DNA of 60,922 nt from a virus (Duplodnaviria; Caudoviricetes). This document shows positions 9,388 to 18,492 of this stretch, in pieces. The notes beneath the pieces are model-generated. The model was not told where the DNA came from, did not search any database, and saw only the letters and a list, made by a program, of their open reading frames with translations. The DNA is taken from the IMG/VR virus record IMGVR_UViG_3300033183_000054, positions 1 through 60,922 of that record; one strand, 5' to 3'. The translations under genes and the position numbers were made by a program. The stretch's first letter is position 1. Each line of letters opens with the position of its first letter.

Positions 9388-10821
9388 ATGTTAGAAGAAA
9401 GATTTGCAAGTCATTTAAGAGCTACAGATGCAAACGGTAACTATATAACTAGCGATGAGAAGTTACTAAATTACTTACAAGATCCAGGCACTATCCCTAG
9501 TATATTAGTGTTAGGTGAAGTAGAGCGTCGTCAAGTAGAGAATAAACAAAGACAACAAATGGAAGCGCAAGCAGCAGGTCCTATGCCTACAGTAAAAGAT
9601 CAAGCATTGATGCAACAAGCTAACGCTCAAAATATGATGACAGGTGGTATTAGCAATCTAGGTGCACAAAGACCTGATATGACTAATGTGCCTCAACCAA
9701 CTGAAATGACAGCTGCAGATAGAGCAAACATGCCAGGTTTACCTGTGCTTGCAAAAGCAGGAGGTTATGTATCAGAATTCAAAGAAGGTGGCGTAGTTGG
9801 TTATCAACTAGGTGGTAATGTTAATATACCGTCAAACACTGTATACCCTAATTATTTAGATCAGCCTAAAGCATTTCAAGGGTTTGACGCTAACATACAA
9901 GCTACACAAGATAATATATTTGCGTTGAAAAAACGTCTAGCTGAATTGAAAAGTGAACCACACGAAAGACCACTATTAATAAGCCAAGTTGAAGCGCAAC
10001 TTAAAGCTGAACTAGACTATTTAAATGCACCTAAAACAGGTGGAGGGTTTACTCCTACAGAGAACCCAATGATGACTCCTGACGAACAAAAATTAGCAGC
10101 TATGAAATCTGGACAAACACTACAAGAAGACCTACCAATAGGTGAAACTACAATAGATAAACCAGGATTAAAAGATCAACCTGCGTCTGTGTTTGAGGGC
10201 GCTAAATTAGATACAGGTAAAGTAGACACTAGAGTATATGATGAGCTTGGTATAGAAGACCCAGCATTGTATGGTCAAGAATCTAAAGAAAGAATGTCAG
10301 AAGCTCTTGGCGATGAATATACAAAAGCAATAGGAGAGCAAAGAAAACGCATCCAGGACCTAAACTTAGATACTCAAAGATCTTTAAGAGGAGCTTACTT
10401 TTTAGATGCAGCTGGAGAACTGTTCAAAGGAAGAGTAGGCGAAGAAGGAGCAGCAATCGGTAATGCTTTAAAGAAAATAGGTGAAGGTGAAAGACTAACT
10501 AAAAAAGAATCTAACGCTTTAACTATGAAACAAGCTGAATTAGATTTACAATTAATAAAAGCTAATGAAGACAGAAAACTAGCATTAGAGAAATACGGAA
10601 TGGACTCTGAAAGATATGCTAGAGATAACAATAGAGCTGTTCAACTAGCTAAACAAAAAGAAGTTGTAGATTATGCTAAATTAGCAAATAACTTAGAAGT
10701 AGCTGAAATAAATGCTAAAAGACAAGGACAATATTTAGCAAGCGTAATGTTAGGCGGTGAAAAGTGTGCAGCACAGTGCCGTAAAGAAGCTATGGATATG
10801 GCTGCGACGATGGAGCCATGA
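9388..10821 (+). CDS. Internal virion protein (frame stays open past TGA to 11070)
   Basis: 477 aa helical protein with xxGG motifs; TGA at 10819-10821 is followed by an uninterrupted in-frame stretch. Confidence 0.65.
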   Translation: MLEERFASHLRATDANGNYITSDEKLLNYLQDPGTIPSILVLGEVERRQVENKQRQQMEAQAAGPMPTVKDQALMQQANAQNMMTGGISNLGAQRPDMTNVPQPTEMTAADRANMPGLPVLAKAGGYVSEFKEGGVVGYQLGGNVNIPSNTVYPNYLDQPKAFQGFDANIQATQDNIFALKKRLAELKSEPHERPLLISQVEAQLKAELDYLNAPKTGGGFTPTENPMMTPDEQKLAAMKSGQTLQEDLPIGETTIDKPGLKDQPASVFEGAKLDTGKVDTRVYDELGIEDPALYGQESKERMSEALGDEYTKAIGEQRKRIQDLNLDTQRSLRGAYFLDAAGELFKGRVGEEGAAIGNALKKIGEGERLTKKESNALTMKQAELDLQLIKANEDRKLALEKYGMDSERYARDNNRAVQLAKQKEVVDYAKLANNLEVAEINAKRQGQYLASVMLGGEKCAAQCRKEAMDMAATMEP

Positions 10822-10842
10822 TATATAAATAATCGTAATAAA

Positions 10843-11070
10843 ATGACAAAGTTGGCTGAGAAAGTTGCAGAAGGCAACCAAGAAGCAATTGATGAGTATC
10901 AAAAATATGCAGATAAAAATGAAAAAATTGTAGACAAATACTTTAATAAATTTATGTCAGACAGAGAAACTATTAGAGGTTCATCTGGAATTGTTGGTGA
11001 TAATACAGCCTCAACAGCAACTAGGGCATTTAATTATGTTCCAGGTAAAGGACTTGTACCTAATCAATAG
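10843..11070 (+). CDS. Probable C-terminal part of the 9388 protein
   Basis: Same frame as 9388; no Shine-Dalgarno before ATG 10843. Confidence 0.45.
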   Translation: MTKLAEKVAEGNQEAIDEYQKYADKNEKIVDKYFNKFMSDRETIRGSSGIVGDNTASTATRAFNYVPGKGLVPNQ

Positions 11071-11082
11071 TAAGGGACCTAA

Positions 11083-14000
11083 ATGGTACAACAAGTAAAT
11101 ATACAAGGGGTTGGTGTAGTAAATTTCCCTGACAACATGTCACAAGAGGAAATAACTAATGCTATCGAAAATGATATATTAAAAAATGCCATACCCAGCC
11201 AACCTGTAACAGAAGACCCTATATTTAAAGTACAAGAACCTCAACCTCTACCAGCAGATGATGACTCTAGTGATTTTATTAGAGGTATTAAGTCTTACAT
11301 TCCACAACAAAAAGAACTACTTGGTGGTGCTCAAGTATTAACAGGTAAAGCATTTGGTTCAGCAGACATGATACAGTCTGGTCTTGACCGAATGGAGCGT
11401 GCACAAAAAGAACAAATCCCACTATCTAAAGAAACAGACTCGTTTACTGCCGCTTTTGAAAAAGGGCTAGGTGCTGTAATAACTGACTATATACCCTATA
11501 TAGCTGGTCAAGGCGTAGGTATGGTTAGTGAAGCTGTATTGTCTGGTGTAGTTGGTAGTATACTTGGCTCTGTAGCAGGACCTGGTGGTACAGTATCAGG
11601 CGGTGTGTCTGGTGTAGTTGCAAAAAACCTAATTAAAAAGGGTATTAAAGAACAGGCAGAAAAAGAAGCAAAAAAATCTGGTCAAGAAGCTGCTGACAAC
11701 TTTGTCAAAAAAGAAATAAATAAACAGCTTGCAGATCCTAAAATTAATAGCGAACTTAGAAAAGAAGTTAACAAAGAAATAGGTAGAAAACTAGGTTACA
11801 CACAGTTAGCAGCTAGGTATGGTGCAGGTGAAACTACAACCCGTGCAGTAGATGAAGCCATTGCAGGTATAGACAATCCAGAAGAACAACTTAAAAAAAT
11901 ACAAGAACTAAGCACAAGTAAGCTTGCAGCAATAAGTACAGCTCATGCACTAGCAGACTACGTAGGTATTAAAATTGGTCTTGGTGCGTTAGAAGGATTA
12001 GCTCCTACTACAAGAAGTATGCTACTAAATGTAGCTAGAAAGATAGGTATTACAGGTTTACAAGAAGCACCTGTTGAAGTAGTACAAAGTGCATTAGAAA
12101 GATATGGTGCAGACTTACCACTGGCAGATAAACAAGCTATGCGTGAATATGTAGACGCTGCTGCAGGCGGATTCTTTATGCCTATCATACCTGCTACTAT
12201 TGGTGGTATTAGAACTCCTAAACCTATAACAGAAGTGTCTGAACAAGAAACTAAAGAAATATTAGATACTGAAATAGAAGATAAACAACCAGAAAGTTAT
12301 AAAGAAAGTAAAGAAGAAAAAGATTCTAAAAAGAAAATAATAGAAGAAGAAAAAACTGCATCTGAGACAGCAGATGATATAATAAAATCAGAAGAAACAA
12401 TAACGGCTCCAGTAAGCACGCAACAAGAAGACATTCAAAGACAACAAGAATTATTTGACTCACAACAACAAATAATCCAACAAGAACAGGAAGTAGAAGC
12501 AGAACAGCTTGATATGTTCCCGCCTCAGATGGACTTATTTGAAGGAGAAGAAGATGCTGGAATTGACGGACGAACAGATATCAGAAGCGATGAGGTTTCT
12601 GGACAGCCCACAACAAGTGATACCCAAGAACCTGGAGAAACTAAACGACCTTCAGTGGCTAGCAGTGGAAGCACTTTTGACACAGCTTCTGGAAGAACAA
12701 TCACAAACAACACTACATTAAAACGTAATGACGTATTAAATTTTACAGACGAAGAATTAAGAAAGTCAGCAAAACTATTTGTAAACAACCCAGACAACCT
12801 ATCTATTATAGCCAGAGAACAAGCTAAAAGAAGAAATGTCAAAGAAAAACAAAAAATAGATGCTGTAGATAGAAACCAAAAGATAGACTCTTTATTAAAT
12901 AGCATACCTTCAAAAAGAGAACCAACAGATGCAGAATTAGCAGAGTACGAAAAGCGAAGAAAAGACTCTCCTAACTATACCCTTGAACAATATATTGCTG
13001 AACAAGACTTTCTAAAAGCACAAAAAGATAACCCTGGTCTTACCTTTGGTAGATTCTTACAAGACTACTCAAGCCCTACACCGCCTGTAATTACAAAAAG
13101 AACAGAATATGACCAGTATGGTAATCCTATTGAGTTTGAAAGTACTGACCCAGAAGCTAACTTAAAAGTTACAGATAATGCAATAATAAAAACTACTCCT
13201 AATTCTGTATTTGATAGTAATCTAAAACCAAAAGTAACTAAGTATCAAACAGATAACAATTTACAAGACTCCCATGTAATCAAAGAAAATGTAGATACAG
13301 AAGGTAACGTAGAAAGTTTTAGTTTAGTACCTAGAGATACTGTAAAAGACACTTCAGTAGGTTCAGTAGCAGAGTATTTTGCAAATAACTGGATAAAAAC
13401 AAAAGAAGCTTGGAGCACAGGCAAACTAAATAAAAAAGGTGAGCCTATATCTAGGAGAGAAGATAAAGTACCAACGCCAATAGAAGTTAGAAAGTTTTTA
13501 AAAGATAATTTAAATAAAGAACAGTTTGAAGATATAAGAAAACAAAAAAAGTTATTTGAAAAAATAGGTATAGCATCTCAAAAACTATTATATAAACGCA
13601 CTGCAGGTTTAGAAGGTATTAGAGAAGCAAGAAAAATAAGGGAGCAAGAATACGATAATATAGCTAGAGAGCAAGGCGGTATGCAGCCTCTGAATGCCCT
13701 GTTCACGGATACATTTGAAAAGACAGGAGCTATAGAAGAAGATGTTCCATCACCTTATGAAAGAACTAAAGATTTTGTTAAAGCTAGAATAGAAGCAATA
13801 AAAGACTGGGCATTTGAAGCAGCCGAGGATGAGTATGCTTTGAAAAGCAAAAAAGAAATAAACAAAGCTATAACTAAGTTAGCAAAAGAAAGAGGGTATG
13901 AAGAAGGGGAGTTTTCAATCAATGATCCATTAGAATTTATAGACCAAGAAGAATATAACACCATAATTAACGAAGCCCCTAATGTAAAAGATAAGATAAG

Positions 14001-17000
14001 ACTAGATAAGTTTAACGATAAGAAAAAAGTACGAGATAAGTTTGCAGAAACATTTAACGCTAGAGAAAAAGCTGTAGCAGAAAAAATGAAAAACATATTT
14101 GCCGGTGCAGTTAGAGCTTCGACTAAATACAAAGCTTCTCAAAAAGTTATTGGTAAGACAGTCACAGATCAAAGAAAAGAAAATGCTCAGTTAAAAAGAA
14201 TAGAAAAAGAACAAGAAGCCGCTAAACAAAGAAAACGTGGTGCACGCATGGGCGAGACTAAAATATTAACGCCTACTCAATTACAAGCTTTAGAAAATAA
14301 AAATACAACTGATGCAAATAATGACGTGATGGAAGCTATAAAATCAGGTAAGTCTATAGCAGAAATTTTAAAAGTCATAGCAGGCAAAAAAGCAGCAAAA
14401 CTTAACTCTACTCAAACAGTTGCTAATATGCTAGCTAAAGTTATATCTAAAATACCAGGATATAACACTAAAATAAAATTAGGTGTAGTTAGAGGCGATA
14501 GGTTTGCACACTTTGATCCACGAACAAACACTATTGTTATAAACAAGAGAATAGAATTTAGTGCTCCTTCTGGTAGGGTAGAATCGCTGGGCAGGATAGT
14601 AGTACACGAAGTTATGCACTCTATGATGGACCACATTATTGACAATAGAAGTGTACTACCACTAAGTCTACAAAAAGAATTAGACACACTAGAAAAACAA
14701 TATGAATATGTATCTCAAACTTTAAATCCAGTTACGCTAGAACTGTTCGGTATAGATTCATTCAAAGAGTTTGTTGCTGAGATGTTTGCTAGTGAAGAAG
14801 TGCAAAAATTAGTTGGTACTCTAGGTAGGTCTAGAAAAGAAAGAGAGTCTGCATTATTTAAGAAAACATACGGTGATGGAAAAGTTTCAGGTTTCTTAAA
14901 AGATATGGCTAACTTCATACTTAAAACTATAAGAACACTTGGAGGGTTTACTCCAGGAATCACTGCGGCAACTACACTTCAATCTATTGAAAACATAATT
15001 ACATCAAAAGAATATGTACCAGCTAGCGAAACATTACAAGGTAAGGGTATATCCTTTGCTCCTAAAAAAGCTAAAGACATAGGAGACTCTACTCCTCAAA
15101 AAATAAGAGAGACAAACAGAGCAGCTGCAAAAGATTATGAATATAGATCGTGGTTTGGTAATGCTTTCAATACATTCAAAGACTTGTTTGCAAGCGGTGA
15201 AAAGTCAATGACTAACTTAATTAGACGCTTCCAAAACGATAGAATAATATTGAAAAAAATACAGGACGTAGCAAGCAACGCAGGAATATTAACTAGAAGT
15301 GGTAAGTATTTTAACAATATATACGACCAAGTAACTTTAGCTTTAGGTAGAGCGGATAAAATTTTAAGAGAAACTGTAAAGGGTCCTATAGATGATTTTA
15401 CTGAAGCTTTTTCAAGTTATTTAAAATACACTAAACAAAACGAAAGAGATGCGGTAGGAGACTTACAATCATGGCTCACAGCATTTCATGAAGCAGAACG
15501 ACGCCTTGTTAAATTTTTAAGATTTGTTCCTCTAAGTACAAAAGACAATATAACTCTAAGTTCAGGTAGACAAACGAGCGCTGCTCAACTGAGAAGAGAT
15601 ATATTTAAAATACTTACAACTAATAGAAATTTAACAAAACAACAGATTAAGAAATACAGAGACTTACTACAGTCTTTAGCAGATAACTATGCAGATACAA
15701 ATGGACAAAGCTTTAGAGCAGAGGATAGATATAAGTCTATTGATATGAATGACATTGAGTATAGTGTTGTGGGTAAAGGTAAAGGCGAAGGTCCTCTAAC
15801 AGTCACTGAAAGAGATGCTTTAATAGAAGAGTATAACAACCTTCCTGAAGAACAAAAAGCAATCATAGATAAAATAAGAAAGGCTATGAAAGTTATTCAA
15901 GAACAAACCAAAGAATTAAACTTTAAAGCTAACTACATGCCTGTACAAGCTAAAAATATGATTGAATTCTATGGATGGGAAAACTATATACCATTAAAAG
16001 GAAAAACTGAAATAAAAGGAGAGAACGAAGAGTTTCTTGATATTCAAGGCAAGAGATTATCAGGTGATTTAAGAAGAATGGAAAGCACATTTGAAAAAGG
16101 TGCAGAGCAAGCACAAGACCCGTTTGTACAAGTGTTAGTAGATGCAACTGTTGCAGGAGCAAGAGCAGGTAGAAAAGGTCTAACTCAGTCTATAAAAAAT
16201 GCTATAAACACTGATGTATCATACGTAGATGAAAAAGGTAATAAAGTTAAGAAAAGATTAATAGATGGTGAAATAAAAACATATTCTTTTGACGAAAGGT
16301 TTTTAGATGAAATAAAAGAGGATATGAATGACAAGAAAAAGATACTTCACTTTAATGAAGACGGTTCTGTCGATGTAATAAAATTAAAAGACGACGCAGT
16401 ATTAGAAGCAGTTCGTAGAACATATAGAGACTCTCATCCTTTGCTAGATTTAGCCAATGGAGTTACAGGATTATTAGGACAACTACATACTAGATTCAAT
16501 CCTGCTTTCCCAGTATTAAACTTTGTTCGTGATGCATTAACTAACGCTTATGTTATTGCTGCCGAGATAGGACCACGAAGTAGTTTTGATTACCTAACAC
16601 TTGTAGCAGAACAAGTAGTAAAAGGTGGTATGAAAGATACAGCTACAATAGCAAACCTATATAACCAAAACGGTATAGATGGTATAAGAAGGTATGCTAA
16701 AGAACAAGCTAGAAAAGGTAATACTTATCCTCAGTCAGTTATAGAATACCTTGATGAAGGGGGTAACATCGCCTATGTTCAAGGTTTATCTGTTGCAGGA
16801 ACTATGCATACTCTTTCTTCTAAACTAAATAAAAATAAAATATTACAGTCAACAGAAGGCATAACTAAATTCTTTGATAGTGTCATGCTTACTTTTGAAT
16901 TAGCATCTCGTGTTGCAGGTTATCGTGTATATAAACAAGATTTTATGACTGCAAATAAAAATAAAATAATTAACAAAGCCCAGTTAGAAAAAGCAGCTAG

Positions 17001-18291
17001 AGAAGCAGCAGCTGCATATGCTAAAAACTTTGCAAACTTTGAACAAACCGGTGAATATGGTAGAGCGTTAGGTGCATGGTTTATGTTCTTTAGACCGGCA
17101 GCTACCGGTGCAGTTAGAGCTTTAGAAGGTATAGGTCCAGGTTTAAGACGATGGCAAAACGTAGAAGCTCAACTACCAGACTATGTTAGAAACGACCCAC
17201 AAAAACTAGCTCAAACTAAAGCTAACTTTGAAAAAAGACAAAAGGCATCTAGAGCTGTTATATTCTCGTCCGTAGGTATGGGGCTTACCGTATACTACTT
17301 AGCTGCAGCATTATCAGGTGACGACGATGATAATAATAACAAAACGTTTGGTGATGACATGAGACGTTGGACTCGTTACGCTAGGTTTGCAATACCAGGC
17401 ACAGACACTGTATTACAGATACCTTGGGGTTTTGGTAACGGCGGACTTGCCGCATTTGGTGCTCAAATAGCAGGGTTAGCTTCAGGGAAAGAAAACCCAC
17501 CAAGAGAAGTTATAGGTAATATGATTGAGATACTTATGGATTCTTACTTACCTCTTCCTATATCACGTATCAATCCTTTAGAATCACCTGGACACGCAAC
17601 TGCATTTTTAACAGATTCGTTTGTACCTTCAGTTGCAAGACCTTTGTTTGAATATGCTATGAATATGAATGCGTTTGGACAACAGATATATAATACAAGA
17701 AGGTCTAGAGTGGGTGATGCTTATACTGGAGGAGATAACATACCAGATATGTATAAAGACGGAGCTATACTATTAAGTGAGATGACAGACGGATACTTAA
17801 GTTGGAGCCCTAACACCATGTACTTCTTTGCCAACAACCTTGCAGACGGCTGGACACGTATTATGCAAAACACTTACGGACTAGGACTAACATTAGCAGG
17901 ACAAAAAGATTTTGATCCAAAAAGAGACCTACAAATATTTGACAGCTTCTTATCTAAATACTCTAAAGCAGACCAACGGGCTTATGGTAGAGTAAGAAAC
18001 ATTGTAGAGGCAAAACAAAAACGATTAGATGCTAATAAAAATAACCCAGAAGTATATGATCGTTATGTAAATAATAATCCATTAGATCCTATTATAGTAG
18101 AAACGTTTAATACTATAGAAGCTAAAAGGATTAATCCAGCAAGAGCCGATGTAAATGAAATAAGACGTATGCCAGGACTTACACCTAAAGAAAGAAGTGA
18201 TTTGTTAGAACCTAGGAAAGAGGTATTAGATGCATACACTAAAGGTCTTACTGCAGAAATAGAAGTTATGCTAGAAATAGCTGAGGAATAA
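11083..18291 (+). CDS. Giant internal virion polyvalent protein with zincin metallopeptidase motif and LPD38-like C-terminus
   Basis: 2402 aa; VVHEVMHS (HExxH) with downstream EFVAE; C-terminal hydrophobic helices and QIPWGFG; last gene of the virion arm. Confidence 0.75.
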   Translation: MVQQVNIQGVGVVNFPDNMSQEEITNAIENDILKNAIPSQPVTEDPIFKVQEPQPLPADDDSSDFIRGIKSYIPQQKELLGGAQVLTGKAFGSADMIQSGLDRMERAQKEQIPLSKETDSFTAAFEKGLGAVITDYIPYIAGQGVGMVSEAVLSGVVGSILGSVAGPGGTVSGGVSGVVAKNLIKKGIKEQAEKEAKKSGQEAADNFVKKEINKQLADPKINSELRKEVNKEIGRKLGYTQLAARYGAGETTTRAVDEAIAGIDNPEEQLKKIQELSTSKLAAISTAHALADYVGIKIGLGALEGLAPTTRSMLLNVARKIGITGLQEAPVEVVQSALERYGADLPLADKQAMREYVDAAAGGFFMPIIPATIGGIRTPKPITEVSEQETKEILDTEIEDKQPESYKESKEEKDSKKKIIEEEKTASETADDIIKSEETITAPVSTQQEDIQRQQELFDSQQQIIQQEQEVEAEQLDMFPPQMDLFEGEEDAGIDGRTDIRSDEVSGQPTTSDTQEPGETKRPSVASSGSTFDTASGRTITNNTTLKRNDVLNFTDEELRKSAKLFVNNPDNLSIIAREQAKRRNVKEKQKIDAVDRNQKIDSLLNSIPSKREPTDAELAEYEKRRKDSPNYTLEQYIAEQDFLKAQKDNPGLTFGRFLQDYSSPTPPVITKRTEYDQYGNPIEFESTDPEANLKVTDNAIIKTTPNSVFDSNLKPKVTKYQTDNNLQDSHVIKENVDTEGNVESFSLVPRDTVKDTSVGSVAEYFANNWIKTKEAWSTGKLNKKGEPISRREDKVPTPIEVRKFLKDNLNKEQFEDIRKQKKLFEKIGIASQKLLYKRTAGLEGIREARKIREQEYDNIAREQGGMQPLNALFTDTFEKTGAIEEDVPSPYERTKDFVKARIEAIKDWAFEAAEDEYALKSKKEINKAITKLAKERGYEEGEFSINDPLEFIDQEEYNTIINEAPNVKDKIRLDKFNDKKKVRDKFAETFNAREKAVAEKMKNIFAGAVRASTKYKASQKVIGKTVTDQRKENAQLKRIEKEQEAAKQRKRGARMGETKILTPTQLQALENKNTTDANNDVMEAIKSGKSIAEILKVIAGKKAAKLNSTQTVANMLAKVISKIPGYNTKIKLGVVRGDRFAHFDPRTNTIVINKRIEFSAPSGRVESLGRIVVHEVMHSMMDHIIDNRSVLPLSLQKELDTLEKQYEYVSQTLNPVTLELFGIDSFKEFVAEMFASEEVQKLVGTLGRSRKERESALFKKTYGDGKVSGFLKDMANFILKTIRTLGGFTPGITAATTLQSIENIITSKEYVPASETLQGKGISFAPKKAKDIGDSTPQKIRETNRAAAKDYEYRSWFGNAFNTFKDLFASGEKSMTNLIRRFQNDRIILKKIQDVASNAGILTRSGKYFNNIYDQVTLALGRADKILRETVKGPIDDFTEAFSSYLKYTKQNERDAVGDLQSWLTAFHEAERRLVKFLRFVPLSTKDNITLSSGRQTSAAQLRRDIFKILTTNRNLTKQQIKKYRDLLQSLADNYADTNGQSFRAEDRYKSIDMNDIEYSVVGKGKGEGPLTVTERDALIEEYNNLPEEQKAIIDKIRKAMKVIQEQTKELNFKANYMPVQAKNMIEFYGWENYIPLKGKTEIKGENEEFLDIQGKRLSGDLRRMESTFEKGAEQAQDPFVQVLVDATVAGARAGRKGLTQSIKNAINTDVSYVDEKGNKVKKRLIDGEIKTYSFDERFLDEIKEDMNDKKKILHFNEDGSVDVIKLKDDAVLEAVRRTYRDSHPLLDLANGVTGLLGQLHTRFNPAFPVLNFVRDALTNAYVIAAEIGPRSSFDYLTLVAEQVVKGGMKDTATIANLYNQNGIDGIRRYAKEQARKGNTYPQSVIEYLDEGGNIAYVQGLSVAGTMHTLSSKLNKNKILQSTEGITKFFDSVMLTFELASRVAGYRVYKQDFMTANKNKIINKAQLEKAAREAAAAYAKNFANFEQTGEYGRALGAWFMFFRPAATGAVRALEGIGPGLRRWQNVEAQLPDYVRNDPQKLAQTKANFEKRQKASRAVIFSSVGMGLTVYYLAAALSGDDDDNNNKTFGDDMRRWTRYARFAIPGTDTVLQIPWGFGNGGLAAFGAQIAGLASGKENPPREVIGNMIEILMDSYLPLPISRINPLESPGHATAFLTDSFVPSVARPLFEYAMNMNAFGQQIYNTRRSRVGDAYTGGDNIPDMYKDGAILLSEMTDGYLSWSPNTMYFFANNLADGWTRIMQNTYGLGLTLAGQKDFDPKRDLQIFDSFLSKYSKADQRAYGRVRNIVEAKQKRLDANKNNPEVYDRYVNNNPLDPIIVETFNTIEAKRINPARADVNEIRRMPGLTPKERSDLLEPRKEVLDAYTKGLTAEIEVMLEIAEE

Positions 18292-18492
18292 TTAGCCGAT
18301 ACGCCACGTCCTTACACCAAGCATACCTTCATATACTACAGCGTAACACTTAACTTTTATTTTTTCTTTTTTAGATTTTGTTTCTATGGTGTAGATTAGA
18401 CTAGAGGGTCTAGTCGTAGGTATGAAAAAACTATCCCCTCGTTCCATATATAAGAATGGTAGTATCCATTCAGGCTCACTTGTTCTCAGCAT
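18292..18492 (-). CDS. Small hypothetical phage protein
   Basis: 66 aa with PF..M..GDSFFIP and GVRTWR; last gene of the replication arm. Confidence 0.65.
   Translation of the reverse strand: MLRTSEPEWILPFLYMERGDSFFIPTTRPSSLIYTIETKSKKEKIKVKCYAVVYEGMLGVRTWRIG

Noticed and set aside
10819-10821. Genome-wide UGA recoding
   Set aside because: Many genes end in TGA with ATGA or TGATG coupling to the next start, and the long ORFs are intact under the standard code.
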